The notes under the pieces are model-generated. The model worked only from the letters and a program-made list of their open reading frames with translations, made no database searches and was not told the origin of the DNA. A stretch of DNA of 64,000 nucleotides from an uncultured Candidatus Saccharibacteria bacterium. GTDB lineage: Bacteria > Patescibacteriota > Andersenbacteria > UBA10190. The position numbers and the translations under genes are program-made. Positions 22,893-32,086 of this stretch are shown here, in pieces. Location of the stretch: assembly GCA_964371255.1 (NCBI GenBank), contig CAYJKV010000003.1, positions 86,901-150,900 on the forward strand, written 5' to 3'. Every line of letters begins with the position of its first letter. The first letter of the stretch is position 1.

Positions 22893-23528
22893 ATGTCTAC
22901 TTCAAAGGGTTCGCAGTTGGCTCGTGGTGCCAGTATGGCCGCTGACGTCTGGCAGAAACTAGATCAGCGCGTGAAGGCACGCGGCGGCACCGACGAGGAC
23001 ATGTATCGCCTGGCCAACAAGGAAGGCGAGTGCATCCTCGACTTGGTCGCCGACCATCTCGTGAAGGTGGGAGCCGTTCATCGCAACCGCTACCCGGTCC
23101 AGTCCAAGCACAAGTCGCTCCAGGACGCGATTGCGGCGGGCAAGTACGACTACGTTAACGGCTACATCACCGCCGAGCATTTCAAGCTCGAGGGCGAGAT
23201 CGTCGTTGATACAAAGCTCGTGCTGTACCACCCGGATCGCGACATCGAGAGCGATGACGTGGTCAAGGAGCTGGATCAGATGGGACTGCGGCCTGCCACC
23301 TTGCAGGAGCTGTGCGCTTTCGGGGAGAAATACCCCAACATCCAGCGCGAATTCCCTTGTGTGGCTCTTGGTTCCGTCTGCGTGGTCTCGCTCGGCGACC
23401 GGAACGTCCCGTATCTCGGCTACTGGGGCGCTGGGCGCAGGCTCTACCTGAGCTGCTGGGATGATGTGTGGGGTCCGCGTTGCCGCTTCCTCGCCGCCCG
23501 CAAGCCTGCCTGTCCGGCAGGCAGGTAG
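22893..23528 (+). CDS. probable DGR target (variable) protein
   Basis: C-terminus RNVPYL..RRLYL..W..RCRFLAARK; A-depleted 3' end; AAGGAG SD. Confidence 0.7.
   Translation: MSTSKGSQLARGASMAADVWQKLDQRVKARGGTDEDMYRLANKEGECILDLVADHLVKVGAVHRNRYPVQSKHKSLQDAIAAGKYDYVNGYITAEHFKLEGEIVVDTKLVLYHPDRDIESDDVVKELDQMGLRPATLQELCAFGEKYPNIQREFPCVALGSVCVVSLGDRNVPYLGYWGAGRRLYLSCWDDVWGPRCRFLAARKPACPAGR
23505..23525. repeat. CCTGCC..CCGGCAGGCAGG micro-palindrome, in frame before the stop codon
   Basis: Related copies at 20684, 55038, 62073 and 62171. Confidence 0.8.
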
Positions 23529-24094
23529 CCCTTTGGTCCTTGGGCACTTGAGTCCTTTGTGCCCTTGGATCCTTTGCCTCGCAAAATCTTTTGATTTCGT
23601 GGGGCTTTTTAATTTGCGAAGCAAATTATCCCGTGTAGCCTTAGCGGAGTGGAACGCATGGGTTTTGCAATCAGGCAGTACTATATAGATACGGTGGAAT
23701 TGGAGTAAACAATGCGTGCCGCAGATTACGGCTTGCGGCGGTTATGCTCTGGGACTGGCCATGTTGCCAGAATCACGAAGGTCACGGCTTTCGTGAGCGT
23801 GCGTAAGTCAGTTCTCACATACTTTAGATACTTAGTGCAGAATACCGGGGGAATAAGTTCTTCGATAAACTCAGAGTGAAGGATCCTGAAGACTAGTACA
23901 GCCCAATGCGACTATTCGCGGGGCAGTGTTCGCGACTATTTACGACAGAAGTCTGGCGAGGGTTTCTTAGTTTATGGACTCCTTAGCTGTAAACTTGGCA
24001 CTAGGACAGCTAGTTGACATAAAGAGGTGAGTTAGCTAATATCGCTCACAGGTCATTTTGCACATTTCACCGCCAACAATATCGGAGGTTCTCA

Positions 24095-24655
24095 GTGAAG
24101 ACGCTGCCTATACACCCAAACTTTGCGCCAGAATTCGCCATTGGACAAACAGTCTGGTTCATTACCTCTGGACGAGAAGTAGAATCCGACCAAATCCGAA
24201 GCGTTTCCTTCAAATCAATGCGGTCAGACGGGCAGGAAAAATTGCTGTGCACCGGGTATCAGCTCAGTATGACGAACCCAGACGCAGTGGACGAAGAGAC
24301 TTTTTCGCCTCGTGATCTTTACAAGACAAAAGCTGTAGCGCAGCAACTTGCTGTGTGGCACTCAGTCGAAGGTATCCGTGAAGACGAGTGGCTCCAAGCT
24401 ATTGGAGACAGGGAGGAGGAAACGATTGAAGACTATGAGCTTGGCATATGTTGTACTGGCCTATCTGATGTCCGAGATCTTCTGACCCAATGCCAGCAGG
24501 ACGGCGGGCTCATTGAAAGAGATTGTCGTCGTATCACGGCGCTTCTTAAAGGCAGCGGGCACTCTGACAAACTGGACATTACCGACTGCCCAAAACCCAT
24601 ACTTATCAGGATATTTGAGCAACTTGGTGTTGTGTCTGCATCCCAAGAAACATAA
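24095..24655 (+). CDS. hypothetical protein
   Basis: GGAGG SD, GTG start, upstream TTGACA, downstream hairpin and T tract. Confidence 0.65.
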   Translation: MKTLPIHPNFAPEFAIGQTVWFITSGREVESDQIRSVSFKSMRSDGQEKLLCTGYQLSMTNPDAVDEETFSPRDLYKTKAVAQQLAVWHSVEGIREDEWLQAIGDREEETIEDYELGICCTGLSDVRDLLTQCQQDGGLIERDCRRITALLKGSGHSDKLDITDCPKPILIRIFEQLGVVSASQET

Positions 24656-24716
24656 AGTCGCTCAATCAAAACCAAATCATAGCCGCGTGAATATCCTTCA
24701 CGTGGTTTTTCTTATC

Positions 24717-24941
24717 TTGATTCCAAGCACCCATTTGGTTAGGCAATGAAAACAGCTCAATCCAGACTGGTAGCAAGGTAGCTCTTCGGCCCACCGCGCC
24801 AGTTGGCGGGGATGCCCCTGAGTTCTTCGAAGTACAATGAGATTTCTTTTAAGTTGGTCACTTGCGTGACCTGTTCTCGAGCCCAAAAGGTAAGAGAGTG
24901 TTGCCCGGCCGTCCATTGCTTTAGCGGCGAACGGGAATCAA
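24717..24941. mobile_element. MITE-like element, family B copy 1
   Basis: TTGATTCC...GGAATCAA ends; both ends shared with 25334-25456. Confidence 0.55.
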
Positions 24942-25093
24942 AACCAAGAGAGGAGATAACTGTCTTTGCAAAGATTTATGATCGTTCCTTAAAGAGGATA
25001 GAAGAGTCCAAATTCTAATTCGGTTGATAATTAATGTAGTAAAAGTATAGTTTCTAAGTTGGTACCATCAATGTACTTTTCGGGAGACTCACC

Positions 25094-25276
25094 ATGGTTA
25101 GTCATGAAGGTTGGCGAAGTATTATCCGCGATGCTTGTGACTTACGAGAACTTCTATCTCATGGCGATGTTGTGAAAGGCATGAAATTTCCTATACTGGA
25201 CTCACTCACTCCACAGCGCCACGAAAAACAGGAGTCAAGGCAGTCATCGGAACGAAGAGATGTTCCCCAAGCCTAA
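25094..25276 (+). CDS. 60-aa hypothetical protein
   Basis: GGGAG SD; terminator-like hairpin downstream. Confidence 0.4.
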   Translation: MVSHEGWRSIIRDACDLRELLSHGDVVKGMKFPILDSLTPQRHEKQESRQSSERRDVPQA

Positions 25277-25333
25277 TAGGGTTAACTGGACCAAGACAAC
25301 CGCCGCCACTTAAAAACAAGAGGCGGCTTTTTA

Positions 25334-25456
25334 TGATTCCAAGCACTCATTGGGTTAGGAGAATAGAAATAGCTGCATAAAAAAAGCAATTTTGATATCC
25401 AATAGGTTAGAGAAAATTGCCCTGCCGTCCATAGCTTTAGCGGCGAACGGGAATCA
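25334..25456. mobile_element. MITE-like element, family B copy 2 (shorter)
   Basis: TGATTCCAAGCAC...GCTTTAGCGGCGAACGGGAATCA. Confidence 0.55.
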
Positions 25457-25630
25457 AATCAAGGGATTTGCCGTCATTTACTAACGTTCTCTGGTTAGAC
25501 CGGATGCTGTATCACCATAAAATGATATCTTTAGTGCTTCTGCCGATAAAAAGTTTGGAACCATAAAAAATAGCTCCGGAGAGTTAGTAACCCATCGGAG
25601 CTCTTGAGGGTAATGGCGATCGGTAGCACT

Positions 25631-26353
25631 TCAACCGTGAGGAAAAAGAAATCGCGCGGCGCGCTTGGCTTCTACGAGGGTTACTTTTTCATCCGGCCCT
25701 ACCAACCGCTCACTACGAGAGAGATCGACGACACGTCCTTCACTGATCATTCCTAGCGTTTCGATCTGCACTTGATGCTCAACCGGCAGAACTCGCTGTT
25801 GAAGATCGGTTGTATCATCGTCCGGTGCAATCTCGATCGTTTGCCTGTGAATGACAGCACCCCGATCAAACTCCGGGGACACGAATTGAGCGATGGCTTC
25901 CGTCCAGTAGTCACGCTTGGTAGCTCGGACAAAGTAAAGCCGTGCTGCGTGAACGCGCTTGCCGTACATACCTTTGCCACCGAAATCGGGATACCCCGGA
26001 TCAAGTGGACCGGGATGTTGGTTGATCATCCGTCCAGAGAAGGCCTCAATAACGTTGGCCGGCGTCTTGGGCATCCAGCCATACTGGCCGATCCAATCCG
26101 CATGATATTCCCGACAGATGTTCAGGATATGATCACCGAACTCATCAGGGGAGTCGTACCATTGTGGCAGTGCCAATATTGCGTGAACACCGGCAGTCTG
26201 AACCCGTTGAATGCCTGCGGCCTTTTCATTGCTGCACAGCACACAGGCTGGTTCAACATGTTGTAAGCGGCCACTTTGACAGGCGCGTATAATCTCGAGA
26301 GCAGTTGTGCCGCCACCTGATATAAGTAGCAAAAGGCGAAGTTTGTCCGACAT
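25631..26353 (-). CDS. purN: GAR formyltransferase
   Basis: LISGGGT, INQHPGPL, FGGKGMYG..VH, EFDRGAVI. Confidence 0.9.
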   Translation of the reverse strand: MSDKLRLLLLISGGGTTALEIIRACQSGRLQHVEPACVLCSNEKAAGIQRVQTAGVHAILALPQWYDSPDEFGDHILNICREYHADWIGQYGWMPKTPANVIEAFSGRMINQHPGPLDPGYPDFGGKGMYGKRVHAARLYFVRATKRDYWTEAIAQFVSPEFDRGAVIHRQTIEIAPDDDTTDLQQRVLPVEHQVQIETLGMISEGRVVDLSRSERLVGPDEKVTLVEAKRAARFLFPHG

Positions 26354-26649
26354 GGTTATCTCCTTGGTTTGCGCAATGTACGGTCGTTATCGAACTAGAA
26401 CACCCAGTTCAGCGTCGTTGGAACATAGCACGGCGAAATACCCGAGGCAAAACCAAATGGTGACGAGCCGCGTGATTAGTGCTAAATTGCCTCGATGCAA
26501 CAGAGATGGATAAAGGTGCAAGTACAATCAATTTAAACCGTGCCGAATTTGCGAATTTATTTCGCAAACTGAGGCCACCTTGTGGGAAAGGAGCAGCGAA
26601 ACGAAGTGAAGCGATGAGGAAAGGGATACGTCCCTTCCCTCATTACGTG

Positions 26650-26722
26650 TCCAGCGGGTAGGAGTTGAACCTACTTAAAAGGGTTTTACAGACCCTCGCC
26701 TCAGCCGTTCGGCCACCGCTGG
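26650..26722 (-). tRNA. tRNA-Tyr(GTA), archaeal/eukaryal type
   Basis: Acceptor CCAGCGG/CCGCTGG (C1-G72), A73, anticodon arm AGGGT-CT-GTA-AA-ACCCT, short variable loop, GTTCAAC T loop. Confidence 0.88.
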
Positions 26723-26987
26723 TATAAATCTAACGGTTAATCTAATTGACTGTATGATATTAATATTCTACCGTACAATGTCAACTATACCAGTTATTGC
26801 TGATTTGTACCGGTCTTTGAAAATTGACATTTGTCCCAAAGGAATCCCTTAGGGAAAAATTTCTTCATATGCCACCTTAGCTTCCCACTTCGCCCTCGCA
26901 TTCTCTCAGGGCTTCGCGGGACGAGCGTACGTTAAATAACGTACCTCTCGCCCAACGAAGTTCTGCTGGAAAGCAGAACAAAGTTAG

Positions 26988-27059
26988 GCCACCTTAGCTC
27001 AGCGGTAGAGCAGGGCTTTTGTAAAGCTCAGGTCGTCGGTTCAAGTCCGACAGGTGGCT
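26988..27059 (+). tRNA. tRNA-Thr(TGT)
   Basis: GCCACCT/AGGTGGC acceptor; GGGCT-TT-TGT-AA-AGCTC anticodon arm. Confidence 0.93.
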
Positions 27060-27212
27060 CAAAGCTATTACTCAATAAACTTCTGGAGACCCAGTATATT
27101 TCAAAACTGAAACGACAGTTAGCAATAAGCTGGACAAAAATCCAGCTGTTTGTATATTATCTGTCACGTTGTTCGTTTTACTTAAGAGCCTCTAATTGAC
27201 GGAGATACTACC

Positions 27213-27641
27213 ATGGACAAAGCGAGGATCATCGCTACCAATGAGCAAGCCGTCCTTCTCGCGACTAGCTTGATGGACATTGCCCAGCAAACAGGCCTTG
27301 AAATTACCATCACCATTCCACCTCAAACGGAACCTTCGGCAGAGGTAGAAACCGAGCGCCACGACCGCACCATATTAGAAAACAAAAGAATAGATCTGGC
27401 ATGGTTAGAGGCGCGATTAACTCAATACCCAGACGAGATGGCTCGATTACGAAACCATTACGTGGCCGTGTTCAATAAACAAGTCGTCTCCATCGGTCAC
27501 AATGAGGAGCTTGTCTTGCTTGGTGCTGCCGCCTCCTTGGACGTGATGCCCGACGAAATCCTTGTCGTCCCTGTGCAAGTTGATGGCACCGACTCAGATG
27601 AGCACTGGCTCAACGTTAAACGACGGCTGGAAATTGCCTAG
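27213..27641 (+). CDS. hypothetical protein with DUF5678-like C-terminus
   Basis: RNHYVAVFNKQVVSIGHNEE pattern; GGAG SD; own terminator. Confidence 0.6.
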   Translation: MDKARIIATNEQAVLLATSLMDIAQQTGLEITITIPPQTEPSAEVETERHDRTILENKRIDLAWLEARLTQYPDEMARLRNHYVAVFNKQVVSIGHNEELVLLGAAASLDVMPDEILVVPVQVDGTDSDEHWLNVKRRLEIA

Positions 27642-27720
27642 GGAAAGACCGGGCCCCCCACCATAGCCTAAAAACTATGGTGATTTTTATTTATTCACAA
27701 AATAACCTATCGTTATTTGT

Positions 27721-28839
27721 ATGACAGACAAAACAGCTATCATTAATCGCTTAATAAAAAATAGCGCCGAGATCATCACCGAAGATGAATTTCTCGAGCG
27801 CCTCGAGTCCGGCAATCAACTGACCCATTATATTGGATTTGAAATTTCCGGCTATGTCCATATCGGGCAGGGGATTATGGGCGCGTTGGTCATGAAAGAT
27901 TTGACGGATGTAGGTGTAAAGTGCACCGTCTGGCTGGCCGATTGGCACACCTGGATCAATGAAAAACTGGATGGGACCAAAGAAACCGCTGCGGCTATCG
28001 GTCGGGGCTATTTTACTGAAGCCATCAAAGCTGCCTACCTCGCGGTGGGCGGTAATCCAGCTGATTTAGAATTTCGTCTAGCCAGTGATTGGTACCAGCA
28101 AAATCCAATGGCATACTGGGAAACAGTGCTTGGTGTGATGAACCACACTACGGAGGCTCGTCTGATGCGAAGTATCAGTATTATGGGCCGTCAGGAGGGG
28201 AGTGAGATCGAGGGGGCTAAACTTATGTACCCGGCCATGCAAGTTGCTGATATATTTTTTCAAAAGGTAGATATCGCGCACGCCGGTATGGATCAACGCA
28301 AGGCCCACGTTGTTATGCGGGATGTCGCACCTAAAGTATATCCAGACCAACCTAAACCCATCGCTCTGCACCACCCATTATTGATCGGTCTTAAAAAACC
28401 AGCAACGTGGCCAATACCCGTCGGTACCGCCCAAAAAGATGTCATTATAGAAATGAAGATGAGTAAATCGGATCCTAATTCTGCCATCTGGGTTCATGAC
28501 ACGCCGGATGAAATTTCTAAAAAAGTTAATCAGGCATTTTGCCCCGAAAAGGAAATAGATTTTAACCCCATTCTCAATTGGATCGGCCATATCCTCTGGT
28601 GGGATCGGCAGACACCTTTTCGTATCGAGCGTAAGCCGGAACATGGCGGGGGAGTGGAATACGCTTCTTATGAGGCATTAGAACAAGCCTACGCTGCCGG
28701 TGATATTCATCCCATGGATTTAAAAGCCGCCGTTGCCAAAGAGCTAATTACTTTATTGGAACCGGCGCGTGCCCATTTCGCTAAGCCGGACGTAGCTGCC
28801 AAAAAATCCGAACTCGACAACCTCCTGCAAAAAAAGTAA
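27721..28839 (+). CDS. tyrS: tyrosyl-tRNA synthetase, archaeal/eukaryal type
   Basis: YIGFEISG.VHIGQ, LADWH, YPAMQVAD, GMDQRK, KMSKS, AFCP, HPMDLK; no S4 domain. Confidence 0.92.
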   Translation: MTDKTAIINRLIKNSAEIITEDEFLERLESGNQLTHYIGFEISGYVHIGQGIMGALVMKDLTDVGVKCTVWLADWHTWINEKLDGTKETAAAIGRGYFTEAIKAAYLAVGGNPADLEFRLASDWYQQNPMAYWETVLGVMNHTTEARLMRSISIMGRQEGSEIEGAKLMYPAMQVADIFFQKVDIAHAGMDQRKAHVVMRDVAPKVYPDQPKPIALHHPLLIGLKKPATWPIPVGTAQKDVIIEMKMSKSDPNSAIWVHDTPDEISKKVNQAFCPEKEIDFNPILNWIGHILWWDRQTPFRIERKPEHGGGVEYASYEALEQAYAAGDIHPMDLKAAVAKELITLLEPARAHFAKPDVAAKKSELDNLLQKK

Positions 28840-28908
28840 CTTTAATATCGTCCCGCCCGCGGGATTTCCCCTTTGTCCACACCTGGTGTGGACATGAGGG
28901 ATTAATTA

Positions 28909-28980
28909 GCCGATGTAGCTCAGTGGTAGAGCAACTCCATGGTAAGGAGTAGGTCGTGGGTTCAATTCCCACCATCGGCT
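28909..28980 (+). tRNA. tRNA-Thr(GGT)
   Basis: GCCGATG/CATCGGC acceptor; ACTCC-AT-GGT-AA-GGAGT anticodon arm. Confidence 0.93.
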
Positions 28981-29098
28981 CAAAATTTCTTATTATCCAA
29001 TACCATTATGGATGCCGCGCGGCAAATAAATGAGCGCTACTGACCGATTTCTGCTTTCTTCATTTTACGTCCGGGCTTCTTCAAATTACTCTGCAAGG

Positions 29099-30622
29099 AT
29101 GTCATTCAAATCATTCTTTGTCTTAATAATCCTCCTGGTGCTCTTGTCCGCTATTGTCTGGAAAATCAGTGACAATCATTTCCAAACGGCAGTAACCGAT
29201 TCCGCAACCACGCCGTCAGTCGCACCAAAACCAGTGGCGCCCATACCTAATTTTACAGTTATCGCCCTGCAAGTAGCGGCGGATAATCGACGCGTTATAA
29301 ACTGTCTGCGCAACAATTGCCAGCCCTTGCCCGCCGTCGACGCCTCCATCTCTGCGGCCGTGACTGACGGACAGTCCTGGTATCACTACCAATCCGTCAC
29401 CGACGATGATTCAGTCCAGAAGATTTTACAGCTCAAACGCACCTGGATCAATCAAAACAAAAGTGATCTGGTTATAGAGCAAACCCGCCTGGTAAAACCT
29501 CGCGGGTTATATATCAGTCCCGATGCCACAAAAGTAGCGTTCTGGTTGGACAATATCAGTGAGCCAAGTAAGAACCTCACTGAGCTGTGGCTCTATGATG
29601 CGGATAGCCAGAGCACCAAACTGATCGCGGAAAAATTAAACACCAGCAGCGTCATTACCGAACCGCGCTGGAACCGAGCTTCCACTCACCTTTGGTTTCT
29701 TGGCGATACTGCTTCGGCGGATAAAAAAACATCCGTCGCTCTGCACCTGGTTGCCATTCAGCCGCCATCATTTGATATCGCTTTCAGCAATATCGAGTGG
29801 CAGCCTATGGTTGACTCCGTCCCAATCAACCCCCTAGACATGGATCCCACCGGCCAATCAATTGCCTACGTAAAACCAAAAGCCAACAAAACAATGCTCC
29901 ATATCCAACGTAATCCCCAAACGATAGATATCACTACTCTATCGGGCACCGTTCCTTATCTTCAATGGCTGCCGGATGGGACGCTGATCTATGCCGTCCA
30001 AACCCGGTTTTCATTTACCTTCTGGCAAGTCAAAGGATCCATCCACAAACATATAGCTAAATATCAGGGTGTGTTTCAATCGGCTCGTTCAGATGCGGCT
30101 GGCCATTTCATCCTTTTTAATACTCGGCCATCCGCTCAGGTCGGACAGGTTTATGCGCTGGATGTGGCTACCGGCCGCATAGCGCACCAATCACTTTTAC
30201 CGAGCTATGGCGACCAGACTTTCTTAATTCATTTTAGGTTAGACGAGGCTGCTCAAACTGATAGTCCGGACATAACTGCGCCGATAGACGATGAGCAGGT
30301 AGCTGCTTTCCTTGATAAATATATCACCTCTATTGCCGAAGCAGACGCGAAACCACAGCGTTTTATTACCACCGACCAGCTCAATACTGTCTGGTTTGAT
30401 TACCGCGTTCCGGCCGGCGACAAGAAGCGTCTTCTTATCACAATTAAAGATGTTATTCATGCCGAATGGTCTATCAGCGCTCGTTACAAAGAAGCGGCGG
30501 GGGAATGGCTGCTGGAGCAGGGGAATGTTCTCCACCCACCGCAAGCCAGGCGTGTCTATGAATGGGAAGAAGATCCCGCGCAGTGGATATTAAAAGAGAC
30601 GCTAAGCAACAGCGCGCCATAG
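29099..30622 (+). CDS. membrane-anchored TolB-like beta-propeller protein
   Basis: N-terminal TM; SPDATKVAF, DPTGQSIAY and WLPDG repeats. Confidence 0.6.
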   Translation: MSFKSFFVLIILLVLLSAIVWKISDNHFQTAVTDSATTPSVAPKPVAPIPNFTVIALQVAADNRRVINCLRNNCQPLPAVDASISAAVTDGQSWYHYQSVTDDDSVQKILQLKRTWINQNKSDLVIEQTRLVKPRGLYISPDATKVAFWLDNISEPSKNLTELWLYDADSQSTKLIAEKLNTSSVITEPRWNRASTHLWFLGDTASADKKTSVALHLVAIQPPSFDIAFSNIEWQPMVDSVPINPLDMDPTGQSIAYVKPKANKTMLHIQRNPQTIDITTLSGTVPYLQWLPDGTLIYAVQTRFSFTFWQVKGSIHKHIAKYQGVFQSARSDAAGHFILFNTRPSAQVGQVYALDVATGRIAHQSLLPSYGDQTFLIHFRLDEAAQTDSPDITAPIDDEQVAAFLDKYITSIAEADAKPQRFITTDQLNTVWFDYRVPAGDKKRLLITIKDVIHAEWSISARYKEAAGEWLLEQGNVLHPPQARRVYEWEEDPAQWILKETLSNSAP

Positions 30623-30732
30623 CTGTTACTGTCAAAAGCCATTCCTACTACACAGCACAATATTTTGACAAAAATGGATATTTCAGCTTAAATTGAGAAA
30701 CTAATCAGTGCTAACTAATATCTATTATTGCT

Positions 30733-30897
30733 ATGAGCCAAGATACCCTTATTCGCTTACAGTGTACCGAGTGCAAATCGTTCAATTATCACACCCACCG
30801 CAATCTAAAACGCCAGGACAGTACCAAGCTGGAATTGCAGAAATTCTGTAAAAAGTGCCGTAAACATACAGCGCACAAAGAAAAAGCCAAGAAATAG
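30733..30897 (+). CDS. rpmG: 50S ribosomal protein L33
   Basis: [32 protein letters not shown]; below the ORF-track cutoff. Confidence 0.95.
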   Translation: MSQDTLIRLQCTECKSFNYHTHRNLKRQDSTKLELQKFCKKCRKHTAHKEKAKK

Positions 30898-31035
30898 TAC
30901 TTCAATATATCCTAGGTGCGAAAAACCTCTTGGTCTGACGGGTTGGAAGAAGACCGCAAAATAAACATTTCCCTCGCACCTAGGATTTTTTTGACTGGTT
31001 GTTATTGATTGTTCTGTGTAATAATCAAAAAACAC

Positions 31036-31106
31036 GGGGGTGTGGTCTAGTGGTATGATCTTCCTCTCCAAAAGGAAAGACGGGGGTTCGATTCCCTCCA
31101 CCCCTG
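31036..31106 (+). tRNA. tRNA-Trp(CCA)
   Basis: TTCCT-CT-CCA-AA-AGGAA anticodon arm; G73; follows rpmG. Confidence 0.92.
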
Positions 31107-31705
31107 CGTAAAAACCGAGGCCTTTAAGGACGAGGATTTGAAGCAGTGTCGCGTGATTGCCAGCAGGCAATTTTACGCGACTGCCCTCAAAATAATAAGG
31201 CCTCGGCTCACGCAGCAAGCTGCCTTTCTGCCTAACAAGGACTGAGTTAGAACCAAATAAAAAAGGAGCTGATTTGGCTCCTATATTCAATCTAATTGCT
31301 AGCCAAGAAGGACAAGGAGGAACATTAAGAACCATAGAAGGTAATTAAGCGGTTCCGCCGAAGTTATTCCTCCGTAAATACAGACAGGAATGACTATGGC
31401 CATAATGTGAATCTTGGTCCAGAACTTCCATCGTTGTAAGCGATACATCGAACTAACTCCACTGGAAGAATTGTGGTCAGGTTGATAGTGAACAGAACCG
31501 AAGACAATAATCAAAAACCACGATCTCGTCAAGGGGCGGTAAATTCATTGGCATCAAACAACGCTTCTCATACACTAACAAAAACGTTCTAACTTGATCC
31601 ACAAACCCCTGCAGCCTGCTATCATCCCTTGACATCAAGTTGCCACCTTATTACAATCACGGTTCTGTTTGCTCCAGTTCCTTAACTTTTGCGAAAGGCA
31701 CCCCG

Positions 31706-32086
31706 ATGATCTATTGCCTCACAATCAGCCATCCTATCGTGGGTGACAATGTGCGTGATGACTTGCTAGTCGCGGCCTACCAAATGGTACGCAGCGGTGA
31801 AAAACGTCGAAAATTCCATTCTCAGGACAGTGAAGGCGAGGTTAAAACGAGTTTTGAGCGAGCCCAGCTTGGGGGTTTGGTGGGATATGTTTTTCACGCC
31901 ACCGTGGAATGTGACCCCATTGGCCAAACGACTGTCACATATTTAGTTCGTGATCAGGACTTAAGACGCTTGGAGGAAGTCGACGAATGCGCTTGGCTGA
32001 CTCAGGAGCAAGCAGCCAGGGGAGAAATTCCCCAGGACGACTGGCGTGAAAACCCCATACACCGTGTTGCTCATGGTAATAATTAA
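31706..32086 (+). CDS. hypothetical protein
   Basis: TTGACA-17-TACAAT promoter, AAAGG SD, terminator near 32108. Confidence 0.6.
   Translation: MIYCLTISHPIVGDNVRDDLLVAAYQMVRSGEKRRKFHSQDSEGEVKTSFERAQLGGLVGYVFHATVECDPIGQTTVTYLVRDQDLRRLEEVDECAWLTQEQAARGEIPQDDWRENPIHRVAHGNN

Noticed and set aside
22959-23624. Long antisense or shadow ORFs (also 705-1199, 10716-11297, 15382-15963, 30805-31335, 40961-41473, 54921-55265)
   Set aside because: They overlap better-supported genes, tRNAs or repeats and show no protein motifs
23712-23879. 55-aa ORF with GGAG SD
   Set aside because: No recognisable protein features; too weak to call
23530-24090. DGR template repeat or RT next to the target
   Set aside because: No AAC-rich copy of the variable region and no RT motifs seen by eye in the window
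26573-26581. Third tRNA-Thr 5' fragment GGCCACCTT
   Set aside because: Only 9 nt; compatible with chance
26650-26722. Mutated tRNA-Cys
   Set aside because: The body looks Cys-like, but C1-G72/A73, the GTA anticodon and the adjacent archaeal-type TyrRS fit Tyr; Cys needs U73
26871-27059. Intron-containing or split tRNA-Thr
   Set aside because: An intact contiguous tRNA exists at 26988-27059
30909-30986. SRP (4.5S) RNA
   Set aside because: Lacks the conserved CAGG..GGAA..AGCAG domain IV motif on either strand
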